A stretch of 64,000 nucleotides of DNA. Origin: Octopus sinensis (lineage: Eukaryota). Position numbers and translations under genes: made by a program. The notes beneath the pieces were generated by a model. The model made no database searches. It saw only the letters and a program-made list of their open reading frames with translations, and was not told the DNA's origin. Positions 26,631 to 40,404 of the stretch are shown here, piece by piece; positions within the stretch are counted from its first letter, which is position 1, and the number at the start of each line of letters is the position of its first letter. The stretch lies in assembly GCF_006345805.1 (NCBI RefSeq), contig NC_043013.1:33666001-33730000 (forward strand), written 5' to 3'.

Positions 26631-27480
26631 CAAGAATCTTCCAGAACAATTTAATAAAGTAAATGTTAGCAGTTAAATAAATGTCCAAGGCAAGAAACAG
26701 CAATAAGAAATGGCGGAAGATTAAATATTTAAAGAGATAAAATTCAAAGTCGTAAATAAACATCGTTGCTGCAGATAAAAATTGTTCATTCGACGAAATA
26801 CGTTCGAAATAGCATGTTGAAAGGCTATTTTCAGTAGAAGATAGATGCGCGTATTGAGAGCATTCAAAGTTCATTGTTAAGATAGCATGTTAAAAACCTT
26901 ACGACAGAAGCACTGGGTAATCATTTCTTTTTTTATTAGTGTGTGTATGCACTTCTGTGTGTGTGTGCATGTCTTTGTGTGGATATCTGTGTATGTAATG
27001 TAACAATAATAGAAAGGAATACAGGGTATGAAGACAGGTAGAGAAAGCACGTGAGACATGGAGTCCTCTTGCCAGCGATGCGACTTGCGAGAATGTGTGA
27101 CGTTATGTACCTGTATTATACAACTGTCATGCAACTGAAATGCCCCTTAGGAAAGCTATTAAAAGTCGTGTAAAGAAAACTATTATAGTGGTCAGTGACT
27201 GAGAAGACCAAGCGTTAAAAAAGTCTCTCTTGAGGAACATTTCATCAGAATCGATCCGGAAAGAGGAGTCGACTAGAGCAATAGTAAGTCCAGGAAAATA
27301 CTCTGCAACTGTATCACTGGTCATGTAACTGACTGCTGTTTCATGAATAACCGAAAACTTCGCATCCACCTCTGACTCTGACCCCAGACTCTAATAAACG
27401 TTAATTCACTTTTGCCGATTCTCACAAAACTTTTAATCATCTCATACTTTTTAAGCTTCTGATATTGCATATTCTAAGGA

Positions 27481-28020
27481 GCACTCCGTCGGTTACGGCG
27501 ACGAGCGTCACAGCTGATACAATCAATGGAAAAGCTTGCTTGTGAAATTAACGTGCAAGTGGTTGAGCTCTCCACAGACACGTGTATCCTTAACGTAGTT
27601 CTCAGGAAGATTCAGAGTGGCCCTTTGAAATACAGGTAGGCTGCGTGTTATGTTCTTTGACAAGACACTTTATTTCACGTTGCTCCAGTTAACTCAGCTG
27701 TAGAAACGAGTTGCGACACCACTGGTGCCAAGCTGTATCGGCCCCTTTGCCTTTCCCTTGGATAACATCAGTGGTGTAGAGAGGGGAGGCTGGTATGCAT
27801 GGGCGACTGCTGGCCTTCCATAAACAACATTGCCCAGACTTGTACCTCGGAGAGTAACTTTCTAGGTGCAATCCCATGGTCATTCATGACCGAAGCGGGT
27901 CCCCTCCTCATTTTTATCAGCTGAGTGGACTGGAGCAACGTGAAATAAACACGTCACCGGGATTTGAACTCACGACCTTACGATCGTGAGCCAAACACCC
28001 TAACCACTAAGCCACGCAAC
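27481..28020 (-). mobile_element. SINE family C interrupted by an opposite-strand related SINE
   Basis: Head at 28020-27905 and tail at 27640-27481 match 5748-6060. Confidence 0.8.
27641..27904 (+). mobile_element. 5'-truncated SINE sharing the family C core but with a different tail
   Basis: caagacactttatttcacgttgctccagt.aactcagctg is followed by an unrelated 3' part. Confidence 0.65.
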
Positions 28021-28293
28021 TTCACATAGATATATTAAAGTATTGAATAAATTAAAATATAATTGCCCTCAAGAGATATACTGTGTCTGTGTGTGTGCGT
28101 GTGCGCGCGTGTGTATACGAGTGAATGTATTATTGAATTTATCTGTACTGAGGAATGTACTGGTTTCCAGAAGACTCATTCCATATTTATCGAACAATAG
28201 TCTAGTTATTATATATTGATCACTTTCATAAAAATATGCTTCGAACGAGCAACAATATTTTGCATGGGGCACATGTCCATGTATATATGTACT

Positions 28294-28333
<40 letters not shown>

Positions 28334-28485
28334 GTATATATATATGTATGTATGTACACATGCACGCATATTTGTATACGAGTATATTGAAACCCATAAA
28401 CATATGTAGATGCATGTATATACATATATATAAATATACATGCATATATACATATATATAATATATGCATAATATATATGTATAT

Positions 28486-28527
<42 letters not shown>

Positions 28528-28549
28528 ATTTATTTAATATATGTATATG

Positions 28550-28613
<64 letters not shown>

Positions 28614-28734
28614 TTGAACACAAATATATACTTAATTATGCGAAATCATATTCAGGAGAACAAATAAAAATGTAAACTAAGAATAAGGCCACAAGTGCAT
28701 AACACACACATGCCCGCATGCACATACACGCACG

Positions 28735-28779
<45 letters not shown>

Positions 28780-29124
28780 CACACCCAATCATGCACGCAC
28801 TCACGGAGTCACACAAACACGCATACAAATGTCTCTGTGTTGATGTGTATTTTTATAACATTAACATAAATATACGCAAATTAAACGAAATAGCTTCGTA
28901 ATGTGTTTTTTTTTTACACACTGATACATATATATATACACTCGCTCATAGAAACAAGCGTAGAGATCTATTCATGTTCATAGACACATATGTACCTACA
29001 TACGTATATACATACATAAGTATATGCATATATAGATATATGTATGCATTCAATTATACCCCTCCGTCTTATAATCTATATAAGTAAACATGTAGTCATA
29101 CATATTTACATACATTTAATTATT

Positions 29125-29140
29125 TATATGTATACATACA

Positions 29141-29172
<32 letters not shown>

Positions 29173-29290
29173 CCTACATACATACATTCATACATACATA
29201 CATACATACATACATACATACATACATACATACATACATACATACATACATACATACATACATACATACATACATGCATACATACATACA
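29125..29290. repeat. (TACA)n microsatellite (a second array lies at 29760-29905)
   Basis: Read directly from the sequence. Confidence 0.95.
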
Positions 29291-29873
29291 TATATATATA
29301 TATGTTTATATGTATAATTTGCTTATTACTCATATATAAATATGTAACATGTATTATTCACATGTATGCGTAAACGCACATGAAAGTGTGTCTATTTATG
29401 TGAGGTATATTCTCGAGTCTTTCTGCCAATATGATTGCATGCCAAATGTAGGCAAACACTTTCAAATGCAACATTTTCATTATGGAATAATTCACTTTTG
29501 ATTGTATATTAAAGTTTAGGCTGGGTGTGCAGTCACACATCAATTTCAGATATATATTATGTTTACCATTATTAGTTCATTTTTTTTCATTTATCTCTTT
29601 TCAACCTTTCGTTCCACCTCCTTTACTTTTTCCTTTATTTACAGCAACAATCAATGAACTTCGCTTAATAGTTCATTTACCAATCAACACTCGCTTGATG
29701 TATGCGTCATTCACTATCTTTCATTCGGCGTTCTCATATAACCCAGTGCTACACAGTTCTATACATACATACACACATACATACATACATACATACATAC
29801 ATACATACATACATACATACATACATACATACATACATACATACATACATACATACATACATACATACGTACA

Positions 29874-29904
<31 letters not shown>

Positions 29905-29983
29905 GCATGTATACATACACTTCCATGTATGTGGTTCTTATTGTTACCATTGTCATTGCTATCGTTATTATCAAATATTATTA

Positions 29984-30751
29984 TTGGGTTGTCCGGAAAG
30001 TTCGTGCCGATTTTTAAAGGAAAGAAAAAGGTCAATAAATACTTGCCATTGCATTTTTAATCAACCAAATATGAACCATTTTGTTGCACAATGCGTCTCC
30101 ATCTTTCCTTTAACTTGAAAATACCCTCTTCCCAGAATTACGGTGGTTCCATGGCAAAGAATTCATCAAGGTATCTTTTTTCGTCATCCAAGGAATTGAA
30201 ATTTTTGTCATTAAGTCTATTCTGCAGAGACCTGGATAAGTAGAAATCCGAAGGAGAAATATCTATTTCTTTACTACCCACAAGGGGCTAAACACAGAGA
30301 GGACAAACAAGGACAGACAAACGGATTAATTCGATTATATCGACCCCAGTGCGTAACTGGTACTTATTTAATAGACCCCGAAAGAATGAAAGGCAAAGTC
30401 GATCTCGGCGGAATTTGAACTCAGAACGTAACGGCAGACGAAATACGGCTACGCATTTCGGTCGGCGTGCTAACGTTTCTGTCAGCTCGAGGAGCAATAT
30501 CTGTGAGTACGGAGGGTGGGGTAACACATCCCAGCCAAGCTGCAGCAATTTTTGTCTGGTTCGCAAAGCATCAAGTGCCGAAAATGAACTTTCTTATCTT
30601 CCATTTTAAAGGGTTACAGAATTAACACAGGTTATAGGAACATAAACCTTCTTCCACGAATTAAAATCCTATTTTAGGGATCCAATCATGTTCTAAAATA
30701 AGTCGAAAGGTAAGCTACAATAAATCGGCACGAACTTTCCGGACAACCCAA
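29984..30751 (-). mobile_element. Internally deleted mariner transposon with perfect ~30-bp TIRs and TA TSD
   Basis: TA-ttgggttgtccggaaagttcgtgccgattt ... aaatcggcacgaactttccggacaacccaa-TA. The minus strand encodes the transposase C-terminus (RQKLLQLGWDVLPHPPYS, then SDFYL.RSLQNRLNDKNFNSLDDEKRYLDEFF). Confidence 0.92.
30265..30489 (-). mobile_element. SINE family A nested in the mariner, 13-bp TSD
   Basis: aggagaaatatct at 30252-30264 and aggagcaatatct at 30490-30502. Confidence 0.9.
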
Positions 30752-30869
30752 TATTATGTTTATAAATAAAAAAGAACCGAGCTGAGACTTTTCATCTTCT
30801 TCTACTAAACACATTATTATTGTTATTATTATTAGCACTATTATCCTACGAAAATAACTGTCCTCTTTT

Positions 30870-31097
30870 ACTCTTTTACCTTTTTCATACATTTGACTGC
30901 GGCCATACTGGAGCACCGCCTTTAGTCGAACACATCGATCCCAGGGCTTATTCTTTGTAAGCCTAGTACTTATTCTATCAGTCTCTTTTTGCCGAACCGC
31001 TAGGACACGTAAACACACCAGCATCAATTGTCAAGCGATGGTGGTGGGGGGTGACAAACACAGACAAACAAACATATACACACACATACACATGTAT

Positions 31098-31141
<44 letters not shown>

Positions 31142-31433
31142 TTATATATATATATATATATATACATATATCCGACGGGCTTTTTTCAGTTTCCGTCTAC
31201 CAAAGCCACTCTCACAAGGCTTTGCTCGGCCCGAGGACACTTGCCCAAGATTCTACGCCGTGGGACTGAATCTGGAACCATGTGGTTGGTAAGCTAGCTA
31301 CTTACCACAAAGGCTTTCGTCGGCCCGAGGCTATAGTAGAAGTCACTTGCCCAAGGTGCCACGCAGTGGGACTGAACCCGGAACCATGTAGTTTGTTAGC
31401 TTGGTACTTACACACACAGCCACTCCTGTGCCT
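30870..31433 (-). mobile_element. SINE family B with a duplicated ~100-bp head segment
   Basis: caaggcttt...ggcccgagg...cacttgcccaag...gtgggactgaa...ggaaccatgt occurs twice (about 31215-31300 and 31310-31400). Confidence 0.85.
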
Positions 31434-31479
31434 AAAAGTTAGCCCAAATTTGAAACGATATTTACTTCTCTTATTAAGC

Positions 31480-31835
31480 AGCAAGTTCAGATTCAGTCGG
31501 TGTCGATTTGCCTTTCATCCTGTCGGGGTAGATAAATTAAGTACCAGTTGAATACTGGGGTCAATATAATTGACTTACCCCTCATCCAAATTTCAGGCCT
31601 TGTTTCTATAGTAGAAAAGGTTATTAGGCAGCAAGTTGGCAGAATCGTTAGCGAGTTCGACGAAATACTTAGCGGTATTTTCGTTCTGGGTTCAAATTCC
31701 GATTAGGTCGACTTTGTTTTTCATCGATTTGAGAGGTCGATAAAATAAGTCATTGGTGAGCACTGCGGTCGATGTAATCCACATACCCGCTGCCATCAAA
31801 AATTGTTGGTCTTGCGCCGAGATTTGAAACCGTTG
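31480..31835 (+). mobile_element. Two adjacent diverged SINE family A copies
   Basis: Core tttgcctttcatcctgtcggggtagataaattaagtaccag; head ggcagcaagttggcagaatcgttagc. Confidence 0.75.
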
Positions 31836-31859
31836 TTATTATTATTAATGTTGACGGCG

Positions 31860-32240
31860 ACGAAAGAGGAAGACAAAAAGGGGAGGAGGGGGAATAAGAA
31901 AGGGAGAAGAAAGAAGAAGATGAAGGAGGAGGAGGAAAAGAAGAAGAAGAAGAAGATGATGATGAAGAAGAAGGAGAAGAAGATGATGATGAAGAGCAAG
32001 AAGATGAAGATGAAGAAGATGATGAGGAAGAGCAAGAAGATGAAGAAGAAGAAGATGATGAGGAAGAGCAAGAAGAAGATGATGAGGAAGAAGAAGAAGA
32101 AGAAGATGAGGAAGAAGAAGGAGGAGGAGGAGGAGAAGAAGAAGAAGAAGAAGAAGAAGAAGAAGAAGAAGAGAAGAAGAAGAAGGAGGAGGAGGAGGAG
32201 GAGGAGAAGAAGGAGAAAAAGGCGAAGAAGAAGAAGAAGA
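31860..32240. repeat. Purine-rich (GAA/GGA/GAT)n tract
   Basis: Read directly from the sequence. Confidence 0.95.
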
Positions 32241-32629
32241 TATGCAACACCAAAATATTCTGTGAAGAAATATTAGTTTAGAAAGTTGAGAAATGTTTCG
32301 ACTTTTGCGCTTACCGAAATCATACGTTCTCTACTGTGCCTTCCCCTTTATACGTTCATCTTTATACGTTCATCTGTGCCTTCCTCTTTATAAAGCTGCA
32401 GAAAACCGGTCTTTTGTTGTGTCGTTCTGTTTAGAATTGCCGCTTTTGTTTTACTGTCTGTCTGCTGCTCTGACGGAAATTTTTGAATTTTCGAACTAAC
32501 TATGTGCGCTATTTAGTGGACTAACAATTATCTATCAAAATTCAGGTAATTGGATTCTTGAGTTATTATATAACGATGGTATTGCATATACGTACCTCAG
32601 CTTGACCGAAATCTAATGATTGAAACAAA

Positions 32630-32821
32630 TAATATACATACATATGTATGTATATATATATATGTATGTATATATGTATACATACATACATATATATATA
32701 TATATATTATATATATATATATATATACATATGTATATATACATGCATATATATACATATATATATATGTATTTATACATATACATATGTATATATATGT
32801 ATGTATGTATATGTGTATATG

Positions 32822-32881
<60 letters not shown>

Positions 32882-32888
32882 TAGATAT

Positions 32889-32965
<77 letters not shown>

Positions 32966-33223
32966 TACTGCAATAGGTAGATAAAAAGATTGATAAAAAT
33001 CGATATGAACAATATATAGGGGTACAGCAAGAGAGAGAGAGGGCGGGAGAGAGAAGAATTAAGTTCCATGGATAGATATGTGTGTTACTCAGCCAGCAGA
33101 AAGCATTGACGATAAACATTTATAGAAATATTTATGGACATGATGGGTGGCTTGTCACTTCAGTATATAATGATACTCGGGTTGGCCGTATCTAGAAACA
33201 TTATATATATATATATATATATA

Positions 33224-33271
<48 letters not shown>

Positions 33272-33369
33272 GTATATGTATGTGTGTATATATGAATATA
33301 CATAGATACATATATATATATGTACATATATATATACATATCTAATATGTGCATATATGTATATATACG

Positions 33370-33404
<35 letters not shown>

Positions 33405-33698
33405 TATGTATATATATATTATATATATTTATACAAACATATATATACATGTATATACACATATATATATATATGTATATACATGCACACACATATTCAT
33501 TTATACATAGACATTTATGTATATGTACACACAGACACACATTCTAACACACACACACACACGCATATATACATACATGTATATATATATATAATATATG
33601 CACACATACACATACAAACACATATATATGTATATATATACGTATATATATGTATATGTATAAATATATATATCTATATATATATACATATATATATG

Positions 33699-33729
<31 letters not shown>

Positions 33730-33790
33730 ATATATATACGTACACACACATATACGCACGCATATGTGTACACACATATGTACACGTTAG
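32630..33790. repeat. TA/TATG/GATA/CA-rich microsatellite fields
   Basis: Read directly from the sequence. Confidence 0.9.
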
Positions 33791-35484
33791 ATTTTCACAC
33801 TAGTTACATACACGCACTGAAAGCTTTATTGACTTATGATTCATATGTAAATATTTGGAATGTTATACTGTTAAATATATACAAAAGCACAGATGTCTGT
33901 TATAGAAGATCGATAATTCCTTGAGTCAACAGTGTATATACATAAATACACCTACATATATACATACACATATACATATATATATATCAACATATATATA
34001 TGTTTGTGTATGCATATATATATGTATATTCATATATATATATTATATATATATAATATATATATATATAATATATAATATATATATATATATATTATGA
34101 GATTCGTGATATTACTTTGTAGATAGATACATATATTTATAGGTAGATAGAAAGACATATAGATGGAAAGATATCTACGTAGGTAGGTAGATAGATACGT
34201 AATGTGATAAAGAAAATGAGTGTGATTTAGTGGGAAGCATTGAAAGAGAATAATATATTCTATGATTGCCTATAAAGCTGATTTTTCGACTATTTTTGAA
34301 GTGATAACTGCCGATATATGGTTATTGGTAAAGAAAATAACGTTTTTCTCTCAACTGTAAAAACATTAACAAAGTCTTTTTTTCTACTTCATTCATGTAC
34401 GTTCTATATTATATTGCTATATTGTGTTGTAATCTCCTTGTTACCCTCTTTTCTTGACCATCTATCTTCATTTTTATTATGTTTACTATTTCGAACACTG
34501 CTATAGAGATTTATTTAGTTTTTACTGTAAAAAAAAAAATTATGCATATATATTTAACACTGGAAAAAAAATGTGATGGATTAGCAAAATCGTTGGAATG
34601 GCCGGAGTAGAGTTTCATACGGTTGCTATATGTAGCTCTTGATATCTCATGTTCGAATCCTATTGAGAATGAGTTTGGATTTTGTCCTTTTCAACCTCAA
34701 TAAAACAAATGCATTCCTATCAATTTTTACTGAGTGGAGGTTTGTATAATCACAAGTTACTTCCTCTGACTTTCTGGGTCTTATTCCCAGGTAGGTAACA
34801 AACATTAATGAGGTTTTGGCGGATTCAGTACATCAGTCAGACAAAATAAGTATTCGGCTTTGGATTTCTACAGAAGGAATTTGAATCTCTTAGCGATTCT
34901 CTTTAATGTTTGTTTTTAGTTGGCCTTTCTGGACGCTGCAAAAAAGAAAAAAACAAATGTTTCAATCGCATAGTCGCATCGATTTAGTTCACCTTCACTT
35001 TTGGAAATACTTGAGTGAGAAATAACTTAACATAACGCAACAAAAATTGTTTAATCAACTAAAATTACACTTGTAATGAATGAAAGAAAAAATCATTGAA
35101 TTAGTGCAACAAATGATGGTGTATTTCATCATTACTGTAAAAAGTACTACTATATAATTGAAAATTTACAACCCCGTGTGCAAGCAGTGACTATCATCAT
35201 AATCATCATCACCACCATCATTTTTCTTCTTCTTCCTCCTTTCCTTCATTTCCTTTTCTTCTTTCTTTTCTTCTCCTCCTTCTTTCACTGACATGTAACG
35301 GACAGGATGAGAGACTCGCTTAAGGTCACAATAATACCTTAGATGACGGCTCTTCATGCAAATGCTGTAACCGTAGTTAGCCAGTACTTGAAGTGGCATG
35401 TCCCAATCAGTAAGATATCTTCATTGGTTCAAAGAAATAATTGTTCAAATAAGAAATGAATAACAGTTGCAGGAGTTAGGTATA

Positions 35485-35875
35485 TGGGTGCATGCGCGGC
35501 TTTGTGGTAAGAAGCTTGCTTCCCAACCAATCGGTTCCGGGTTAAGTCCGACTGCGTGACGTCTTGCGAAAGTGTCTTCTAACATAGCCTTGGGCTGATG
35601 AAAGCCCTGTAAGCGAATTTGATAGACTGAAACTGAAAGAATCCCGTTGTGTATTTATATAATTGTGTGTGTCTGTTCCCTATCACCACTGGACAATCGA
35701 TGTTAGTGAGTTTATGTCCCTGGAACATAGCGGTTCGGCCAAAGTGTGCCAAACAAAAATGTACCTTTCTTATAAAAAAAATTAAAAATACAGAGATCAA
35801 TTCATTCGACTGAAAATTCTTGAAGGTGGTGCTTCAGCATGGCCGCAGTCTAATGACTGAAACGAGTAAAAGATA
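35485..35875 (+). mobile_element. SINE family B, diverged and near full length
   Basis: Head gcttgcttcccaaccaatcggttccggg; tail cagcatggccgcagtctaatgactgaaac. Confidence 0.8.
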
Positions 35876-36114
35876 CAAAATAAATATAACATAAATTGAA
35901 ATATTTTTCACATCTACATAATCTAAAGTTTGATATGGTAAACGCAATAATGGTAGTCGAGGGAAATATACATCCCAGCTTATGTTTAAACTGTAACTGT
36001 TGCGTAGCATACAGGTAGTTCTACACGGTCGCTCAACCTGCTAGGATTAGAAGGCCAATTCTTTAAAATCATTGGAAAAGACGTGATAGTCTGGAAGCAA
36101 TGTGATAATGATTT

Positions 36115-36297
36115 CAAATTTTACCCCAGGGGCAGTCTTTTGGGGGGAAGGGATGTATCGCTTACATCGACCCCAACCCTGAAAGGATGGAAGGCAAAGC
36201 TGACCTCGGCGGAATTTGAACTCAGAACGTAGCGACAGACGAAATAACGCTAAGCATTTCGCCCGGCGTGCTAACCATTCTGCCAACTTGCCGCCTT
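36115..36297 (-). mobile_element. SINE family A
   Basis: Core and head (ctgccaacttgccgcctt). Confidence 0.85.
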
Positions 36298-39200
36298 AAT
36301 ATCTATGATAATAGATATGTTTCACATGAGTCTAAGCAGCAACAGAAACTTAATGCTTTTGTTAGAGGAGCAATTCAGATTTCTTTACTGTCTACATGGT
36401 TTGTTTCTCCGGTGAAATAAAATTTTGCATCAATTTTCGATTTCAACATGGACCAATTTCTCTTAATTGATATTACAACCGACATCGTAGATGGTAAGAG
36501 TAATCACTCGTGCGGTTCAGCACTAACATAGCTAGTCCTGGAGCATTTGACGCTGGTCCAACTACCAAACGTAATTCAATATTTTTATACATCTTTTCTA
36601 CTTAACACAACAAAAAAGTGTAGGCTTCTTTTCACTTGCTTCAACAGTTAACAACTATCGACCAAATATTCAAATTACGGACTACTTTTTTTACATTAGA
36701 AAGTTCAAAATAATGTACGCTTAGGAATAATAAAAAGTAGATGATCATGGCCGACAACTTTTGATCATAGATTTGCTCAAGTACAGTCAGTCTGTGGCTG
36801 AATAATTAATTTTGAGTCGTGGGTTCTTCCCTTCTTTTCTCATCATTCTCGTAGGTCCGTGAATTATCAGAAGTGAGCACTGCATTTCCTCCGAGTAAAG
36901 TAAATTACTCAACACAAATGTAAATTCTTAAATAGCACAACTTTGCAAGGGGTTTTCTCTCAAATTCTAAAACCTAATAATTATGCAACCAAAATTGAAT
37001 TGTGACTAACAATTAGTACTGTAGAGGGAAAAGTACCATTTATACAGCAAGTTGGGTATTAGTGATATCAATTCCCAGTTGAATCCATTTCGCTTTCCAT
37101 GTGCGGCGTTTCGTTTTCTTTCGATGCAACTGTAAATTTGAACATCATTTCTCTAGACAAAAGGTTCAAGACAACACGTACTTCTAATGACGCATTCACC
37201 TTGGCATTCAGATGGTGATGGGGCAAGTTTCTAATGACATCTATGATAAACTGTCATGCTAAGCATCTAGATATTTCAAGAGAACTCACTGACAAGCAAC
37301 CGTCGAATGCATCTTACAGACCAGTAAAAGTAGTTTAAAATTAATGACCATAAAAAATAACATGGAGCATTGCCATATTTGATGTGAACTAGAAGTTTTC
37401 GGTTTAATTTATTTATATAAAAAAAAATTGTTTTGTAAACGAAAACAACAATATATATTTATTCCTTTACTTTAGTTTCTTCGTTTAGTTCACTTACGGG
37501 CGATTCTGTAGTCAAACACGAAGTGTTGACTACAGGTAACTTTGATATTCGATATCGTTTGTAAACTCTGTTTTCTTTTTACTTCCTTAAAAGACGTTGG
37601 TATTTAATCATTTCACTAATTTAACTGCAACATTCAATATATTTCTGTTTTTGTTATTATTTTCCCCATGTACACACTTTTTTGTAGTTTAAACATTCCG
37701 CTATTCGTTGATTCATTTTTTTTTTTAGATTTTTTTGTTTTCATTTTTATTCGGCATGTATAAATTTAGAATTTAAACTAAAAACCTTTCACTATTTTCT
37801 TTTAATTTACTTTCAACAATGAATTTTTTTTCAGACATATCTCATTTTTAAGTTAAACCTCTCACTAATTTTGCAGATTACTTTCAATTATAAAAAAAAA
37901 AATGAAAATATAATCTTTTAAATTTACATTCAATTTTAAAAAATTTTTTAGTTGGTATTTTGATTACTTGCTTTAGAATATTTTCAAATTATTATTTATT
38001 ATTTTTCTTGTTGTTGTTTCAAATATGAGCAAATTTTCGAGTCAAACCCTCTCTTACGCTAATTTTTACGTGATTCATTATAGAAGTATTTTGTTGGCTG
38101 TTAATGCTTATTCTCGGTCTCTGTAATTTTTAGTTTATTGCTGTTTCGTATGAATATTGATTGGAAAGTTACTTTAATAATAGTTATAGGACGAAAACTA
38201 ACTCAATTAATTTTCTACCATCAGTTATGGTGCAAGAAAAGGAAAACGAAAAAGAGAAAAATACAGAGAAAAGAGAGTGTGTGTGAGAGACAGAGAGAGA
38301 CAGAGAGTCATCAAGAGAAAGAGACAGAGACAAACAGAAAGAGAAAGAGAGGATGGAAATATAAAGAAAATTGAAATACAGATTTCTATTAATATAAAAA
38401 AAAAACAGGAATGAAGTTATATAAAAATACACATATAAAAGAAAACAATTAGTAAATAACAATACAAGGATGAAAAGCAAAAAATATCCATTTTAATAAT
38501 AATAAAAATAAATAATAATTTATTAATTTTTTCTTCTTTTTCTTCTTTCATTCATTCATTCAACTCTGAGAAATTAATCAAACTAATTAAGTGAAAGTGC
38601 TAAAGAAATGGTCTTTAGCCTACTCCCATGATTAATGGGTGTATTAAAACTTTCGTCAAGTGCCTGTGTCTTGTTTGTATTGTTTTTGTGTTTTGTTTCA
38701 TTAATTTTTAGTTAAGGGTGTGGAAGGACCAGTGTAATGCGCAATCTGATACTGCTAGTGGTGGTGGTGGTGGTGGTGGTGGTGGTTGGTCGGTGATGGT
38801 GGCGGTGGCGGCAGTGTTAATGGTAATGGTAATGGTAATGATGGAGATAGGAATAGAGTTACGTGTAGACGAGAAGGGTGGAGCATTAGGATAGGGTCAG
38901 GGGTGACGAATCAACAGCTTCATTTTAATAATATTGTTGATGTTGTGAATGTTGTTGTTGTTGTTGTTGTTGTCGCTGCATTTCTTTTTCTTCTTCTTCT
39001 TCTTCTTCTTCTTCTTCTTCTTCTTCTCTTTTCTTTTCCTCCTCCTTCGTTATAAAGTTATCAGTTTTAAAGACATTCAATGAAAATAGTTGCGTTAGAT
39101 CCCTTTAACATCGTAATGGTTAATTAAAGTTCAGTTTCACAAAAAGACTAAAAAAAATGCTAAAAATTCTTTAAAAAATATACAAAATAGTAAAAAAAAA

Positions 39201-39589
39201 ACGTTACTGTTGTTTGAATCTTCATGAGTGTATTTTATGCAATTTTTTTTCTACTTTGTTTTTTTTTTATTCCCAAAATTATTTCGTTCCTTTGTTGCTA
39301 AATGATTTCTCGTTTTCGAAATCAACAAATCCAACAACAACAACAATAGCAGCAATAACACTCATGATGCGGGACTTTCTATGTAGTAGCCTGATATGGC
39401 TAGAAATAGCAGCCAAATCTATCTGAAATATCACAAGACCGTCTTAAATAAAGGACGCATTGAATAATGTAGTTACTAGATACACTTTGCTTCAAACAAG
39501 ACGTGATGGCCTCGGTTGGAGCATCTTTAACCATTGGTGTCCTCGAGTAAGGCTGGCATGCATCTCAGGTACAGCAACAACAGCAAGTG

Positions 39590-39965
39590 GAGGCGCAATG
39601 GCCCAGTGGTTAAGGCAGCGGACTCGCGGTTTCAATTCCCAGACCGGGCGTTGTGTGTGTTTTTTGAGCGAAAACACCTAAAGCTCCACGAGGTTCCTGC
39701 AGTGGGTAGTGGCGACCCCTGTTGTACTCTTTCGCTCCAACTTTCTCTCACTCTTTCTTCCTGATTCTTGTGCCCGACTTCCTCTGCAACCGCTGAGCCT
39801 GGATGCGCATTCATCCATCCGTCGATGCTCTCGGTGTCGGGGGTTGACCTGCTTTCTCTTCTGCGGGTCTTACGAATAGCAAAGGACCGCGTTTAGGACT
39901 TCTCCCATCTTGCGAGCTCTAGGATGAAGACAGTTCGCTCAACAGCAACAGCAACAACAGCAACA
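39590..39965 (+). mobile_element. SINE family D (tRNA-like head, CAA/CAG tail)
   Basis: ggaggcgcaatggcccagtggttaaggcagcggactcgcggtttcaattccc is an A/B-box-like head; the element ends in (caa/cag)n. Confidence 0.7.
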
Positions 39966-39999
39966 CTGATAGCTGTAGCAGCAACAGTGGTAGCCATCT

Positions 40000-40148
40000 T
40001 CTTTTCTACTCTAGGTACAAAGCTCGAAACTTTGGGGGAGGGGCCCAGTCGATTAGATCGACCCGAGTACGTAACTGGTACTTAATTCATCGACCCCGAA
40101 AGGATGAAAGGCAAGGTCGACCCCGGCGGAATTTGGACTCAGAGCGTT
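40000..40148 (-). mobile_element. SINE family A, 5'-truncated
   Basis: Core cgaccccgaaaggatgaaaggcaaggtcgacc. Confidence 0.85.
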
Positions 40149-40404
40149 AATTTTGTGTTGATGAGAACAATAGTTTTCCCACCACATAAACAACTGACTA
40201 CTGTATTATTATCATTGCTTTTTTTTTTCTGTGGATGGATCTTATAACCTAAATACGGCTACAATCAGTAGCTTTAGCTGTCAAACAATCTCTTCCTCGT
40301 CTTTTCCATTCCTTTCAGTTACTCTAATCATCGAGTGTCCTTCCTGATAGTTTTGACGCTCCCAATAAATACACTCCTTTCAATCAGCCATATCTCATAA
40401 TCTG

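Noticed and set aside
31750-32276. Poly-K/E/S ORFs
   Set aside because: Artefacts of the (GAA)n tract.
39590-39660. tRNA gene-like sequences (also 5748, 28020, 42159 and others)
   Set aside because: No complete cloverleaf; each continues into a SINE body.
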